From positions 37,758,001 through 37,822,000 of the forward strand of contig OZ024742.1 of assembly GCA_964016885.1 (NCBI GenBank): a stretch of 64,000 bases of DNA. Direction: 5' to 3'. The number at the start of each line of letters is the position of its first letter. Position 1 is the first letter of the stretch. Made by a program: the position numbers and the translations under genes. Origin of the DNA: Eledone cirrhosa. Taxonomy: Eukaryota. This document shows, in pieces, positions 50,154-64,000 of this stretch. The notes below the pieces were generated by a model. That model was not told where the DNA came from, made no database searches, and saw nothing but the letters and a program-made list of their open reading frames with translations.

Positions 50154-50979
50154 ATAAATCAGCAAAGAAGAGTGACACGGTTTGCTATACAAAAAAGGTT
50201 TTTAATCTCATTGCTGACAATTGTTTTTCTGAACTGGTAAGTCTAGAGATCGCTACCCGCTTGTTTTCACGTCATTCGATCACCAATACATAGTTATAAC
50301 CAGTCAATTCATCGGAGCTTGTGAGAATGAAAGGAATATACAGGCATGGCTACTATATATAGTAGTAACGGCATTCAATCAGAACAATAACAACAATGCT
50401 AGCAATAAATTATTTGAAATAATCACAACATCAATCTAGGTAAGAAACATAGTATATCTACGACTTTAGCGTGTAAAACTAGCTGACATGAGGCAGATGT
50501 ATAAAATTGACATGTAAAAGCTGTCATGGGGTGTATTATATATAGTGTAGAGATAAGCCGGTGGCTTTAAACAATGAACCATTTCCTTTACTGAAGGTCT
50601 GGTGACCGTAAGAATTATTTATTATCTGACAGATGAAATATTTATCACTGTAGTAAGGATAGTAATATTTGTGGTGTGAGGTGGGTTCAATATTTATGTG
50701 GTCTATGTTTCTTACCCAGATTGATGTTGTGATTATTTCAAATAATATATTGTTAGCATTGTTAGTATTGTTGTTATTGTTCTGATTGAATGCCATTACT
50801 ACTATATATAGTAGCCATGCCTCATTCTCACAAGCTCCGATGAATTGACTGGTTACAACTATGTATTGGTGATCGAATGACGTGAAAACAAGTGGGTAGT
50901 TCAGAAAAACAATTGTCAGCAATGAGATTAAAAACCTTTTCTGTATAGCAAACCGTGTCACTCTTCTTTCCTGATTTAT
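50154..50979. repeat. Long inverted repeat (arms 50154-50452 and 50703-50979), probably another Penelope-like remnant
   Basis: The arms are reverse complements with a few indels. Only degenerate hammerhead-like cores are present. Confidence 0.7.
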
Positions 50980-51127
50980 CATTACTCCAAGTGTTAACAA
51001 CATAGAAATTACCGCGTACTCACAGTATCACTATCGAAACGCCTTGCGTTGATATCATCCACTACTCGAAGTACCCTAACTGGACTACACCTAAGTGAAC
51101 TACCTATAACAATAATCTGTTACCCCG

Positions 51128-51159
<32 letters not shown>

Positions 51160-52194
51160 TACCCACGGTAAGATGTGGGGTCTAGTCTGCATCAAGAACT
51201 CAATGTAATCCATATGTTGAAAATGTTGTAGGTTAAAATAAATCCCGGAAAACAACAAAACATTAAAAGGAAAACAGAGTCATGATATTTCATTGTTTTA
51301 ACTTATATATATATATATATATATTCCTTATTCAACTTTACCCAACAACAAAATACAATAGGCCTAAACATACTGCACAAGATACAATTACCAAATTAAA
51401 TAAAATTAAAGTTAAAACCACAACAGAAGAACCATTTGTACTAGATACCTTTAAAGCACAATCATAACATCCACACACATACATATAAGATGAGCATCTG
51501 CAACTTCCATCTACCAAATTTGGCATTAGTCAACTCGAAGCTATAATAGAAAACATTTGCCCAAAGTACCACACACCAGATGTGAACCTAGAACCACATG
51601 GTTGTGAAGCAAACTACTCTGTAACCATATACCCATGCGTGTTGATCTTCTCATCATGAATTCTTAATGTGTAATTTAAATTTACATTTAAAATAGATAA
51701 ATAAATAAATCTGAAACACCTGCATTGATGGATATTACCTGTGTAGAAAAAGTATATACAACAAATATAGGTATGGTCTATCTACAGATTAAAATTTTCA
51801 ATTCTATGCACCTGGTCTAAGATAAATTCATACGAAGTGCAATGGAACTAAGGTAATCTGCAAATGAGTATAAATTCAAGTAATATCAGAAATATTTGAA
51901 AGAGGGAGAAAACACAAAGATTCTTCACCAATTAGATATTATTATCTAGTTTAAAATCTATCTAGTGTAGAGGCAAACTGGAAGTATGGATAAGGTATTG
52001 GACTGTCAGCTCATAAGGTGAAAACATATCTTCTACAGGCACATTTGATGTTTCCAGGCAAATTGCTTAATGCTTCCAAACCAAGCTACTTAACTCTACA
52101 GAATCTTAAACTAGAAACTGGTTTTTACACACACACACACACACACAAAATCTCTAAAAAAATCTAAGATTAGTCTGGAGAGAAATAAATTATG

Positions 52195-52990
52195 TACTTG
52201 GTGGGGTTCAAGTGTTAATCCCCTTCAAAACAGGTTCCTCGAGCTTCCACACACAGCTCAGTGATCATTCCACTATTCAAAGCATATGTGGAATGTTTCT
52301 TCCAGAATATTCTTTCAGCTCCGCCATCACAGTCCACAGCCTTTCAGTGGCATCTTCATTTGGGGGAACAACCAAGTCAGAAAAAGTCATGCCTGGAGAG
52401 TAGGAGCCTGTTGAATGAGTGAAATGCTTTTCTTTGTCAAGAAATTTTGGATCTGTTGCAACAAATAAGCTTGATTATTGTCATGATGCAGCTGCCAGTT
52501 ATGTGAGACAAATCTGGTCTCTTGTGTTGAACTGCATCATGAAGATGTTGGAGGACTTCCTGATAGTATCCCTGTGTAACTGTTTGACCTTCCAGTGTGA
52601 AACCTTCTGGTTGAACAACACCTATATAGTAAAAAAAAAGTCATCATCAATTTGATTTTGCCCTGCACTTGTGCTTTTTTGGGGCCTTGGTGATGTTGGA
52701 TGCTTCCACTGTTATGATTGAGTTTTGGTTTACGAGCCATACCTATATATCCAAGTTTCATCTCCAGTTATCATGGTATTCAGGAACTCAAAATTGGCAA
52801 AATGGAAATGCAACTAGCAAGTAGTACAGCAGCTGACACGGTGAGTAGCTAACAGCGGCTGACACATCCAACAAGCTCACTAAAAGCCATGCATATACAT
52901 AAATGTATGCAGCTCCACTCGACATGCTTTTCTCTCCATAACATTCTTACTTCCCATGAAAAGAAAAGTTTGATACATTTTCAGCAGATC
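52195..52990 (-). mobile_element. Degenerate mariner-family transposon
   Basis: Minus strand 52775-52520 gives (I)TGDETWIY..QWKHPTSP.PKKA..KIKLMMTFF..EGQTV remnants. Confidence 0.7.
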
Positions 52991-52994
52991 TCAA

Positions 52995-53320
52995 CCCCCA
53001 CCCCATCCACACCACCCCTTTCAATGTAAAGTTATGTTGGTGTCACAACATCCAGCCCGAAACAAATGAGGTCGTGTAGGTATCACGACAAAAAACACAC
53101 AGTCCACGCTGTAATGTGGCCGTGTAGGCAACACGGTAAAAACGTCCCAGTTCCACACTGTAAATGTGGTTGGTGTTAGGAAGGGCATCGAGCCGTAGAA
53201 AACCCGCCAGACAGTCCTATACGAGCAAGACAACCACTCTTGCCTCAAGTGGGAAAACTCCCGTCCAAACCCATTGCAAGCGTGGAATATGGACGTTAAA
53301 CGATGATGATGATGATGATG
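52995..53320 (+). mobile_element. RTE family C 3'UTR fragment
   Basis: Reverse complement of 24631-24950, with a (GAT)n tail. Confidence 0.85.
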
Positions 53321-55621
53321 ATATATGACATATATATATATGATTTAGATAGGTTTCGCCCAGTATAGGTCTATATATATATATATATATATAAACAGTT
53401 TGACTTATTTATTTATGCATTACCATTGGTTTCATGGATGTAAATGTTCTGATTGTGTATATATATATATCTTTCACTGATGTAAACAGTATTGAGAAAA
53501 CTGATAAACCAGTGCTTTTCAACAAAAAAATACTGTAAGGTATGTATACAGTCAAGTAAAACAGACACCAGTCATTCTCACAATCATAAATGCAGTGGCT
53601 CAGTGATATGAGAAAACCATATAAATTTGAGAAAACCATATAAACTTGAAAAAAAAACAAAAAAAACATGCATAACATAGTACTGAACAGGTCAAAGACA
53701 TAGTATATTTGAAGCAATAACTCTGTGGATTGTACAGTCATTCAACTGACCACCTACATATGATTGGTGTCTTGCTCAATCAACAATGGCAACTGTGTAT
53801 TAAATATGTATATCAAATTAAAACCAATTTTTATATATCATACAATTAAATATATGACAGTAATATACAGAAACAATTATCACAATTTATATTTCTTAGT
53901 ATTATATATATTTTACATCATAGTACAGCATAACATAATGATAACTGTGGTTACATAAAACTCTAAAAAGTTCAAGATGAGAAAATATGATGTATTTTCA
54001 TAAATATGTGTATGTGTGCATGTAGAAAGAGATTGCTCATTAGAGTGGAGATATGAAAGTGATTATTTGATGAATAAGCGCTGACAGTTCAAGATATCTT
54101 TAGAAGAAGAAAATTAAGGAATCATCATCATCATTGTTTAATGTTCATTTTCCATGCTCGCATGGATTAGATGGGTCGTCCACGTCATGAGACATGTCTG
54201 GCCAGATATGGAGATAAACTGTGAGGTAAGATGACAGGAAGCTGGCTCTCTTGCATAAGACAATGATGATGATATATGAAAAAAATCATTTGTTAGAAAT
54301 ATTTATAAAAATGAAAAGATGCCAAACAAAGAGTTGAAAGGACTCTTCAGCTGTGTCAAAGACATGACAACCTTCTCAGTACTGGTGCTATGATAAAATG
54401 CACCCAGTACATCCTGTAACGTGGTTATTATAGGAAGGACATCCAACTGTAAAAGCTATGTGAAACAAAGGGTTCAGAAAACTCTTCACTTTTGTCAAAG
54501 ACATGACACCCTCCTTAGTGCTGGTGCCATGATAAAATGCACCTTCTACACTTTGTAAAGTGGTTAGCATTAAGAAGGTCATCTAGTTGTATAAAGCATC
54601 TCCAAACTGGAATATATGTGAGACAGCAGCTCCAATTAAATACTGCAGCCGCTGGACAGCAGCTCCAATTAAATACTGACTTGCTCTGTAACAATCTGTC
54701 CAACCCTTGCTAGCATGGACAAACGGAAGTAAAATGGTGATGATGATGAAAAGCTCAGAAAAGATGCTAGAGGATCAATCTTTATTAAAACTTTTTCACT
54801 TCTGGAGAAAATTCTAATTTTGATTTTCCCCCACCTGTTAACTCTTAAAAACCTGAAATAATTTATCAGGGTTGTTAATTTGAATGATTATAGTATTTTT
54901 ACTGGTGTACAGATCATTGTGAAAATGTGCAGTAAGACTTTAATATTTAATGTGATGCAATCACAGTGCTGTTTAGTACTTTTCAAGAATGCCTTGCTAA
55001 TGTGATTTCATATGGGACCGGATATTCAGAGTTAAGGACACAAATACTTCAGTTGTATTGAATCGGTAACTCAATGACCTCAAATTTTCATTATCATATA
55101 ATCCTAATCTAATTTCTGAAAAGTTTTATCAATTTATTCAACAAGTTTAAGAGAACTTATTTTTTTTATCTGTGAAGGAAGAAACATGTTTTTGTTTGTT
55201 TTATTCTATTTTGTTTTGTACATAATGTCAGATTTATTTGCAGTGGACATCATAATATTTGACAACACATATATAGTCAATATACTCTCCACCACTTAAA
55301 ATTACTCCAAGTTCTATCATCTCAAATTTCAAGTTTCTGGCCATGCCTCTATTTCTGGAGCCACAACCCCACAAGTAGGCGTTCCATTCAACATAATGTT
55401 CACTTCCACATCACATTCTGGAACAATGACATGCACTCAACTAAGAAACTACATTTTAAACTCTTTTGTTATCATATTTCTAATAACTTGGACCTTTTCG
55501 TAATCATATTTCTAACGAAAGACACTACCTATAATTCTTATGTTGTTTTGAAAATAATCAACAATTTGGAGGAATGTAACTAACTTTTTCATTAACTAGT
55601 TGGGTTTGGAAAATAACTTAA

Positions 55622-55963
55622 AGGTTCTTACATAAAATAATTGTTTCTTCTTTTTGGCACAAGGCCAGCAATTACCCAGTATAATTACTGGTACTTTATT
55701 TTATCGACCCCGTAAGGATGAAAGGCAAAGTTAACCTCGGCGGGATTTGAACTCAGATCAGGTTCTTACATAAAATAATTGTTTCTACTTTTTGGCACAA
55801 GGCCAGCAATTACCCAGTACATTACTGGTACTTAATTTTATCGACCCCGTAAGGATGAAAGGCAAAGTTAACCTCGGCAGGATTTGAACTCAGATCATAA
55901 AGGGACGTAACTCTATGCTTCAAAGCATGGTGTCCGACTCTCTACCGATACTGCCAATCCACC
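55622..55963 (-). mobile_element. S1 SINE with ~138-bp tandem duplication of its 3' part plus flank
   Basis: 55622-55760 is repeated at 55760-55898. Confidence 0.85.
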
Positions 55964-57375
55964 TAAAATAATGAAAGACAGGCAGATCAATTAAAATAAT
56001 TGAGATATCGCATCAACATACTATTATTATCATTATTATTATTATTATTATTATCATCATTATTATTATTATAATTAGTCTTGGCCTTGTGCCTAAAGTA
56101 GAAACAATTATCATAATTAGTCTTATTTTTATTGCACACCATCACTGCATAACTGAGCACAGCTCTGTATGTCTTGAGTGCAGTGAGGTTTTGAGAGTAC
56201 TCTTCGTAATATGTGTGCACGAGGTTAACTTTTCCTTTCATCCTTACAGGGTCAGTAAAATAAAGTACCAGTGATGCACTGGAAAAATAGCTCGCCTTGT
56301 GCCAAAAGTAGAAACAATTGTTGTTGTCGTCGTCTTCTGACCTTTTACTTTTTTCTATCTTGTAAAGAATTGTGAATTAAAGGAAGAAAATTAATTCAGT
56401 TATAAAATTTATAAAGATTAAGCAGAGTGAATGTTTCTTTTTGATAATGAATTGGCCTCTTAACATACAACCAAATTTAGAGAGACATGTAGATTTCACT
56501 CTTTTTGTTTATGTGTGTATGTGTATTACCATTCAAGATGAACAGCTTGTCAATAAAGATAAATACATTGAAACTTCACTAAAGATTATAATTATCAGAA
56601 ATGAACCAATCATTTTATATTTTCTTAAAAATTCCAATATCGGAACTGAAAAGTAGTTACAAATATTTTTTTTATCTAAGTCTGTATACCAAGTGAATCA
56701 TGATAAAATAAATTACATCACTGGTTTCATGTTAAGATTCATGATAATGAGCTGAAGGTGAATATGTGGAGTTAGATTTTTTTTTCTAAAGTTAAAGGCA
56801 ACTATTTCACTTTTCCTCTGATGATCCCCACTATATCTAATAGCAGCTGCTCTATAATTCAGTTTTTCCTGGTCAATCTCTCTCCTACATCTATGTCTCT
56901 TTCACACACACACTCACACACACACAAGAAAATAAATTCTATAGATATAATTCCTTTAAAATCAACCTATCATGCACACTTTAACCCTCTTGTTACCATA
57001 TTTCTAATGAAAGACCCTACCTGTGATTTTCAAATAGTTTTAACCCTTTAATTGCCATCATTATAATAGAAGACACTCTATGAATTTCAAATAATTTAAA
57101 AAATAATATAAAATTTAGAGATATTTAGAAATATAACTTTTTCATTATTAAGTTTGTGTTTGGGACATAAATTAACAAAGCTTCTTACAAAAAATAATGA
57201 TGGTAGATTTTTTAGATAAATAACAGCTCCAAGAGTGATTTTAAACAGTATGGTATTAAAAGGTTAAATAATCAATAATTTGAAAAGATTTATCATTATT
57301 AAACTGATGTTAGGAATGTAACAAAGGGTCTTACATAAAATTATAATAGGCTTCTAGATAATTATAAGCCTTTAA

Positions 57376-57580
57376 CTCTTTAGCATTTACATTACTCTAT
57401 ATTTACTATTGTATTTTCACAGTAAACAGTTTATCTCACATAATATCAAATCTATGAGATTTTGATATCTATTTTGAGGACAATACCTTAACATAAGTAT
57501 GAGCGGCCAGTTACGACTGGTTTGAACAGAAAAAGGTGAGAGGATTCTGGCCGGATACAGCTGGTTTAAATGCTAAAGGG
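57376..57580 (-). mobile_element. piggyBac-like MITE (same family as 45675-45895)
   Basis: TTAA flanks and CTCTTTAGCATTT/AAATGCTAAAGGG TIRs. Confidence 0.78.
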
Positions 57581-59078
57581 TTAAAATGAGTAATTTTGTC
57601 TTATAGGAGTGGTTTTAGGTGGGTTGGTATCAAAAAGGTTAACAGTTGCTTCATTATTCCCTTCATAGAAGTGACATTCACAAAAATCACACAACATTGA
57701 AGGAAAAGGCATGTTTGTTATAATAACAAAAAAATTGCTAAGTTTCTCCCAAAATAATGATTAAGTGAATGAATTAATGCACAAGACTGTGTTTCCTGGT
57801 ATCCCAGGATATGTGATGTTTGAATTTTCAGCAGGAAATGAAACACAGAGAGCAGACAAATCGAAAGTGAAATTTTGATAGATTTAGAAGAAACTTATAT
57901 TCAGCTCCACATCTTCTGGTGACAGTTAGTAATGCAACATTTAGCTGTAAAAACTTGTTCATGCTATGGTAATGCAGTAATTTCAACAGCTACTGGGTAT
58001 ACTTAACACCAAAGATATTTATCACTGATTAGTAAAACGATAGATATTAATATCAACACATATCAATTCACCCAAGTGTTAATACCATAGCAATCATTTA
58101 TGGATGATGACATGGTACTTGCGAAGTCAACCAATCCAGCATATGTCTCAACAGGAAAGGTTGGTTGCAATAATTTCTTTTAAATGTTAGATGATAAACT
58201 TGATGTAATGACAAAATGTAAAAGCATTAACTCATACATTTAATAACTGCATATCTTGTCATTACTAGATATAACTGGCCTCCAATGAGGTTGATTTTCA
58301 TAAGAGCTTTCTTTGGTGTTTTAATGATAGGGTCCCCAATTCTAATATATATATATGGGGAGGAGGCTTGCTGTTGTGGCTAATATCTGAATAGATTTAG
58401 CTGACCTCTTGTGAAGTTGTATCTTGATTCTAGCTTTGCTAAGGTCTCCTTAGAGAGATGCCCCGTTATAGCAGAACACTGCTGATGACTCAAACCAATG
58501 AAGGAGCCTCTACATAGTTATTCTATCTGCTGAAAATAGCAGCCAAAACTGTTTTTTTTTAATAAAAATGTATAATACTCAATGTCTATGTTAAAGTGTT
58601 TTTCTTGCTTGGTAGGTCTGGAGGAAAGGGCAGTGATCATGTCCTTCACAGGCCCTCTGACACTGCCTTATTGGTTTTTACCTGCTGATAAACATTACTT
58701 TTCCAAATAAAAGTATCTAAAAAAATGAATTTGTTCAGTTAATGAACCCAGTTAACTAAAACAAATATTTCCATTCTAGTTTTGTAACTGTTACTAAGGT
58801 AACACACATTTCTACAATTGATATAATTAGGCTAAAGGTGAAATAGAAGTATAAGAATCAGTTAAAAAGTTTCAAATTTCGTCTTTAAAATATAGACCTA
58901 ATCCTTACATTAACTTGATAGAAAGCCAAAAATAACAGATTCTAAGCAGGAGACTTCTTTGATTTACTCAACAGCTGCTTCTGATACTCTGCTTTCTAGT
59001 CATCTCAATATAAAAGTTATATTTACTGGCCGATATTTTATGTATGCCTTAATCTGCTAAGATACCAAATATCTATAT

Positions 59079-59120
<42 letters not shown>

Positions 59121-60759
59121 ACGTGTGTCTGTGTGTGTGTGAGAGAGAGAGAGAAAGTACACACATGTGCACCTATGTGTGTATGTAGAGGGGGTCTATT
59201 CATGTGTATACAGATGCACCAAAATATAAGGTGAAAGAATTATTCAACATTATACTTTATCAATTATGTTTTCACATATTCTTTTAATGCTTGTACAGGA
59301 AAAGGAAAATAATAGAATAAATAAATATATGTCTTCACTGATCTATCAGAAATATGTTGTATGATTTATGAGATAAACTGAACAGTGTACATCTTATTTA
59401 GGTAAAGATAAGCAACTTGTATCATTATTAATTATGAGATGAAAGAAAATTATGAGGAAGAATAGAATGAAAATTCATAATTAGAAATTATAATATCATA
59501 ATTATAATATCATTTGTTACCATATTTCTAATAAAAAAAATATTGCCAATGAATTTCAATTCATTTTGAAAATAATCAAGAATTTTGAAAGATTTTGTAA
59601 TATAACTAACTGCCTCATTACTAAACTAGTGTTTAGAACATAATAAAGATTCTTACATAAAATTATAATGGAAGGTATTTTGATAAATATAAACAATTTT
59701 TTATCATAGAATGAGGGGAAGTTTTAGGCTGTTCACTACCATATCCATGGGTCTTTAACTTATGAGGGAGTCTTGGGGATTTACACCTGGCAGAGCTCAT
59801 CTCTCCAGTTCTAAACATAGCTGATTTCTTTCAGAAAGAGTAACAAAGTGATATAAAAGAAGAATGTATCCAGTATTGGAGTGGTACTTTATTTATCAAC
59901 CTTGAAAAAAAGGCAAATTGACCATAGCAAAATTGAACTCAGAGCGTAAAGAGCTAGAATGAACACCGCAAAACATTTTATTCAATATTCTAACAACTTT
60001 GCTAAATCGCTGCCTATTTGGTTTCACAAGGGTTGAGGTAAAATTATAACTTTTTCACTATTAACCTCATCTTTAGAGGTGAATTTAAAAATTTGTTTAC
60101 ATCATTATTTTTCAATCAATTTGATTTCTGATCAAGTGTTTTATTTTTGGATGTATCAGACTGGATTCAAATTAAGAACCTTTATTATTCTTAGTAGAGC
60201 AATAAAGTTCAGAGATCAAAACAATCAAAATATCATATCACCATCATTACCGTCATCATTTTACATCTACTTTCCATGCTAACATGGTAAGTGTTGTTAC
60301 AGTCTGAGTGAGTTCTTATTTAGAGTTACTGTCTGCTTAGGCAGAACAGAAAACCATACCTCATTCATATGTTCCATTCTGGCCATGGTTTTTATGGCTT
60401 GATGCCTATCCTAACCCCAACCACTTTATAGAGTGTATTGGGGGTGTTTATTGTAGTACCAGCATTAAAGAAGCTATCATATTCTCATCAGGAATAAAGG
60501 GTGCTATTAATGGTAGGTTGTCTCTGTGGGGGATTTAAAAAGATGTTGCTGCTTTTGAATTATATATATATATATGGGAATAAAACCTTTTCAAATAAAA
60601 AAATCAGACAAAGGTAGGCGAAGAAGTTATTACAGCTCAAAATATGAGATTTATTACAGCAAACTACTCAGAAGGCTACATACAATTCTATTTGATGGAA
60701 ATCTATTTTAGATGTTTAAGTAAAGTCATAGAAAAGAAGATCAAAGACTGTTAATTATA

Positions 60760-60880
60760 TAATTGTTTCTACTTTTGGCACAAGGCCAGCAATTACCCAG
60801 TGTATTACTGGTACTTTATTTTATCAACCCCATAAGGATGAAAGGCAAAGTTAACCTCAGCGGAATTTGAACTCAGAATG
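60760..60880 (-). mobile_element. Partial S1 SINE
   Basis: 3' half of the family consensus. Confidence 0.8.
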
Positions 60881-61514
60881 TAATTAACAATCTTTGGTCA
60901 TCTTTTCAATGTTTTATATATATATATATATATACTCATCATCATTTTATATCCACTTTTCTATGCTGACTGGCTGGATTGTTGCAGACCAAGTCTGTAC
61001 TAAATGAAGCTACTTACATACATTTAAGTTTTGGTATAGTTTCTGCAGGTTGGTGCTCTTCCCCTTTCCAACCACTTTACAGAGTGTACTGTGTGAATTT
61101 TACCATGGCACCAGCATGGCAACCTAGGAAGTGGCTGTGTAGGCGCCACGAAAAAGCACCCAGCACTCACTGTAAACCTAGGAAAGTTGCCATGTCTTTG
61201 ACACAGCTGAAGAGGCTTCCCAACCTTTCAAATTTTTTTTTTTACATATTTTTGATACCTAGATGCCCATCCCAATGCTAACCATTTTAGAGTGTACTAG
61301 GTGCATTTTATCATGGGACCAGTACTAGTGATGCTGTCATGCACTTGACATGGCTTAAGAGCTCTCTCATCCAATTTTTTCCTGATAAATATTAAATATT
61401 AGAAAACTGTAAGCTCATTTCCTTAAAATTGTTGTGATAAAGAATAAATAAATGGAGCCTTTTGAACAGTCTAGATTTATGTAAACAAAATAATTATAAA
61501 TTTTCTTCGCTTAC

Positions 61515-61623
61515 CTGCACTATCTGTTGGTAAAATGGTACCATTTTTGGTGAGTCTTTGTTTAAGTTCATGAAGTTCAGCGTCTCTTAATAGTAGTTTC
61601 TTTTCCAATTCAGTAATACGTTT
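61515..61623 (-). CDS. PPFIBP: Coding exon (109 nt, phase 0 to 1) of a liprin-beta-like gene: KRITELEKKLLLRDAELHELKQRLTKNGTILPTDSA(G)
   Basis: Minus strand reads ...ttttctttcttgcag|AAACGT...AGTGCAG|gtaagc, with canonical acceptor and donor. The exon is an open heptad-rich frame and splices in frame with the exons at 40729-40791 and 7441-7502. Confidence 0.85.
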
Positions 61624-63055
61624 CTGCAAGAAAGAAAAGAAAGGGCACATGAACAATGCAGACTCTAGCAGACTGGTGCAGTTGTTGTTCTGTTTGGACA
61701 TTTATAAGTCAATATGAGCAGGGAAGGAGTTCTAGAAAATGACCTATGCAGCAATGTTCACATATAAGACCCTTCACTTATGGATCCCAGAACCATGTAC
61801 TTATTGTCAGTATATATTTTGTTTATGGAATACATTTTTTAGGGTTATAAAATAAGTAAGATAGTGCAAACTTGAATATTTCAATATCATTGAGTGTTCT
61901 TTCAAATTAAGTATAGTTAATCAAGCAGAGTGAGTTCAGTGTAGTAAGGATGGCACTCATAACCAACACCTGAACCTCATAAATATAACATATCTTTACA
62001 TAACAGCAACACTAATAGGAAGCCTTCAGACAGAAATCCCCCGCTTCTCAATGGGGAGATGGGGGATAGAGAAGCAACAGTATTTGCTCAAAAACAGTAA
62101 CAGTCACTCTGATGGGCTTCCACTTAATTTTTACCTACCAAATTTCACTCAAAAGGCCTAGTTGACTTTCATGTTATGGTAGAAGACACTTGCCCAAGTG
62201 GCTGCACAGTGTTATTGGATTCAGAACCATGCAGTTGTAAAGTAAACTTCTTAACAACTACACCAATGCCTGAGCCCAGATATTAACTTGCTAATGTTCT
62301 AGTTGGTCATTGGCCGCAGTTTAGAAGTGACTTACAAATGTCATAGGTATTGTCTCTCCTTTGACTAATTTGTTTTAAAGCAAAAATCCAAATTTTGCTT
62401 AACTCTTTCATTGCTATATTTCTACTAAAAGATATTTTATTTTGAAAATAAAATGTTGACAATAATCAAGAATTTGGAGAGATTTTGTAATATAACTAAT
62501 TTTCTCATTATCAAGTTCGAAGATGACTTAACAGGAAATTACAATAGAAAGGTTTTAGATAATGTTTTGTATTGTAGAATTAAGGGTTGTTTCAGGCATG
62601 TTTGTACCAAATGGTTAGTAATAGATATTCTTTGTAAGATCAAAACTGATTCTATAATCAAACAAAATCTAGCATTATTTAAAATAAGGACAGCTGTACA
62701 TTGTTAATCTTTTCAATAAGTACATACATGTGTATAAAAGGTAGTAATAAAAAAAAGATGTATAAAATTTAGTGTATATTTGTGTGTCTCTTGCATTTAA
62801 ACCTGGCAGAGCCCATCCCTCTCCACAGTTGATTTGAGAGTGGGAGTAGACCCAAGTAATGGTGTGGTACACTATTGACCACCATCCCCACCACGAATAT
62901 ATATATATATAAAAAAAAAAAGGATGGAAGTCAAAGTTGACCTTAGCAGAGAATTGGAATGAATACAGAGGAACATTTTATCCTATGTTCTAATGACTCT
63001 GCTAATTCACCAGCTAATGAAATAAATAGTTAAATTAAATAAAGATAAGAAATAT

Positions 63056-63238
63056 ATTTGTTTCTACTTTAGGCACAAGGCCAGCAATTACCCAGTTCAT
63101 TACTGGTACTTTATTTTATCGACTTCGTAAGAATGAAAGGCAAAGTCAACCTCGGCGGGATTTGAACTCAGATCGTAAAGGGACGTAACTATGCTGGAAA
63201 GCATGGCGTCCGACCCTCTACCGATACTGCCAATCCAC
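63056..63238 (-). mobile_element. SINE family S1
   Basis: Near-consensus copy. Confidence 0.88.
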
Positions 63239-63354
63239 TAAGAAATATATTGAGGAAAAAAAAGTTTATTTGTAATCAATATTTATGAGTGAATTCCTCT
63301 GTACTTATACATTTTGGTGATTCTCGGACGTAAAACGGTGATGATGATGATGAT

Positions 63355-63859
63355 CATCATCATCATCATCACCGTTTTACGTCCGTTCTTCCACGCTAGC
63401 ATGGGTTAGATGGGTTGTCCTGTTGTGGGCAGTGTCTGGTCGGCTGACCATGCCTTGCTATACAGGAACTGATTTGGCTTGATTTCTACATCTGGATGCC
63501 CTTCCTAACACCAACCTCATTTACAGTGAGTGCTGGGTGCTTTTTCGTGGCGCCTACACGGCCACTTTACAGTGTGGGCTGGGTGCTTTTTTGCCGTGGC
63601 ACCTCCACGACCACCTTGCAGTGGGAGGGTGTGGGGGCATATTGTCTATATGCTTCAGTTTGTACCCATGGGAGGTCGGGTACTCTGTATTACTGCGTGA
63701 CGCCAGAGGTCCCGGTCGTGTATCATCGCCTTTGAGAGGTGTAATTGGGTAAGGTCGGCTTTTATCATCTCATCCCAGGTCATCTTAGGTCTCCCCACTC
63801 CGCGGTTTCCATCGACTTCTAGTGCTCTGCACCTTTCATCCTTCATACGCATCACATGA
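63355..63859 (-). mobile_element. RTE family A 3' end (ORF end + intact 3'UTR)
   Basis: ORF 63655-63855 (...GVGRPKMTWDE...) followed by the 3'UTR and (GAT)n tail. Confidence 0.9.
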
Positions 63860-64000
63860 TGATACAGGTATTAATTATATAATGAGCACATTATACCACA
63901 TAATTTTCTCAAGATGTTTGTAATCTATATATTCTAGTATTTTCTATACAATTAAACTGATATTACAGAAATTAGGTCACATTCATAAATATATTTAATT

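Noticed and set aside
61515-61623. cGMP-dependent kinase leucine zipper or BCR/ABR as the host gene
   Set aside because: Only generic coiled-coil resemblance. The in-frame exon at 7441-7502 matches liprin-beta specifically.

Overview
AT-rich, repeat-dense animal genomic DNA, most likely a coleoid cephalopod such as Octopus (inferred from RTE LINEs with (GAT)n tails, Meta-/V-domain-like SINEs and dense (TA)n/(CA)n microsatellites). The whole window appears to lie inside one minus-strand gene with very long introns. Three short coding exons (61515-61623, 40729-40791, 7441-7502) splice in frame to a coiled-coil peptide ending ...EIEKLKKAVDSLMLANEEK, which I recognise as liprin-beta (PPFIBP family). 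Two frame-preserving microexon candidates (12 nt and 18 nt) lie between or after them. The introns hold at least three RTE LINE families (each with a C4HC3 finger inside the RT), an R4/Dong remnant, a 4.4-kb hAT-Charlie element with TIRs/TSD and nested inserts, a mariner remnant, hAT and TTAA MITEs, Helitrons and many SINEs. The most striking signal is RNA-based: a near-identical 4 x 466-bp tandem array (18129-19986) carries one minimal type-I hammerhead ribozyme per unit plus an inverted 5' segment, i.e. a retrozyme-like or non-autonomous Penelope-type element that could yield a circular RNA. A 3.7-kb cluster (40981-44632) contains four unrelated palindromic Penelope-like remnants, each with its own hammerhead variant, one with a 64-nt stem II. 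All folds were worked out by eye and no database searches were run.
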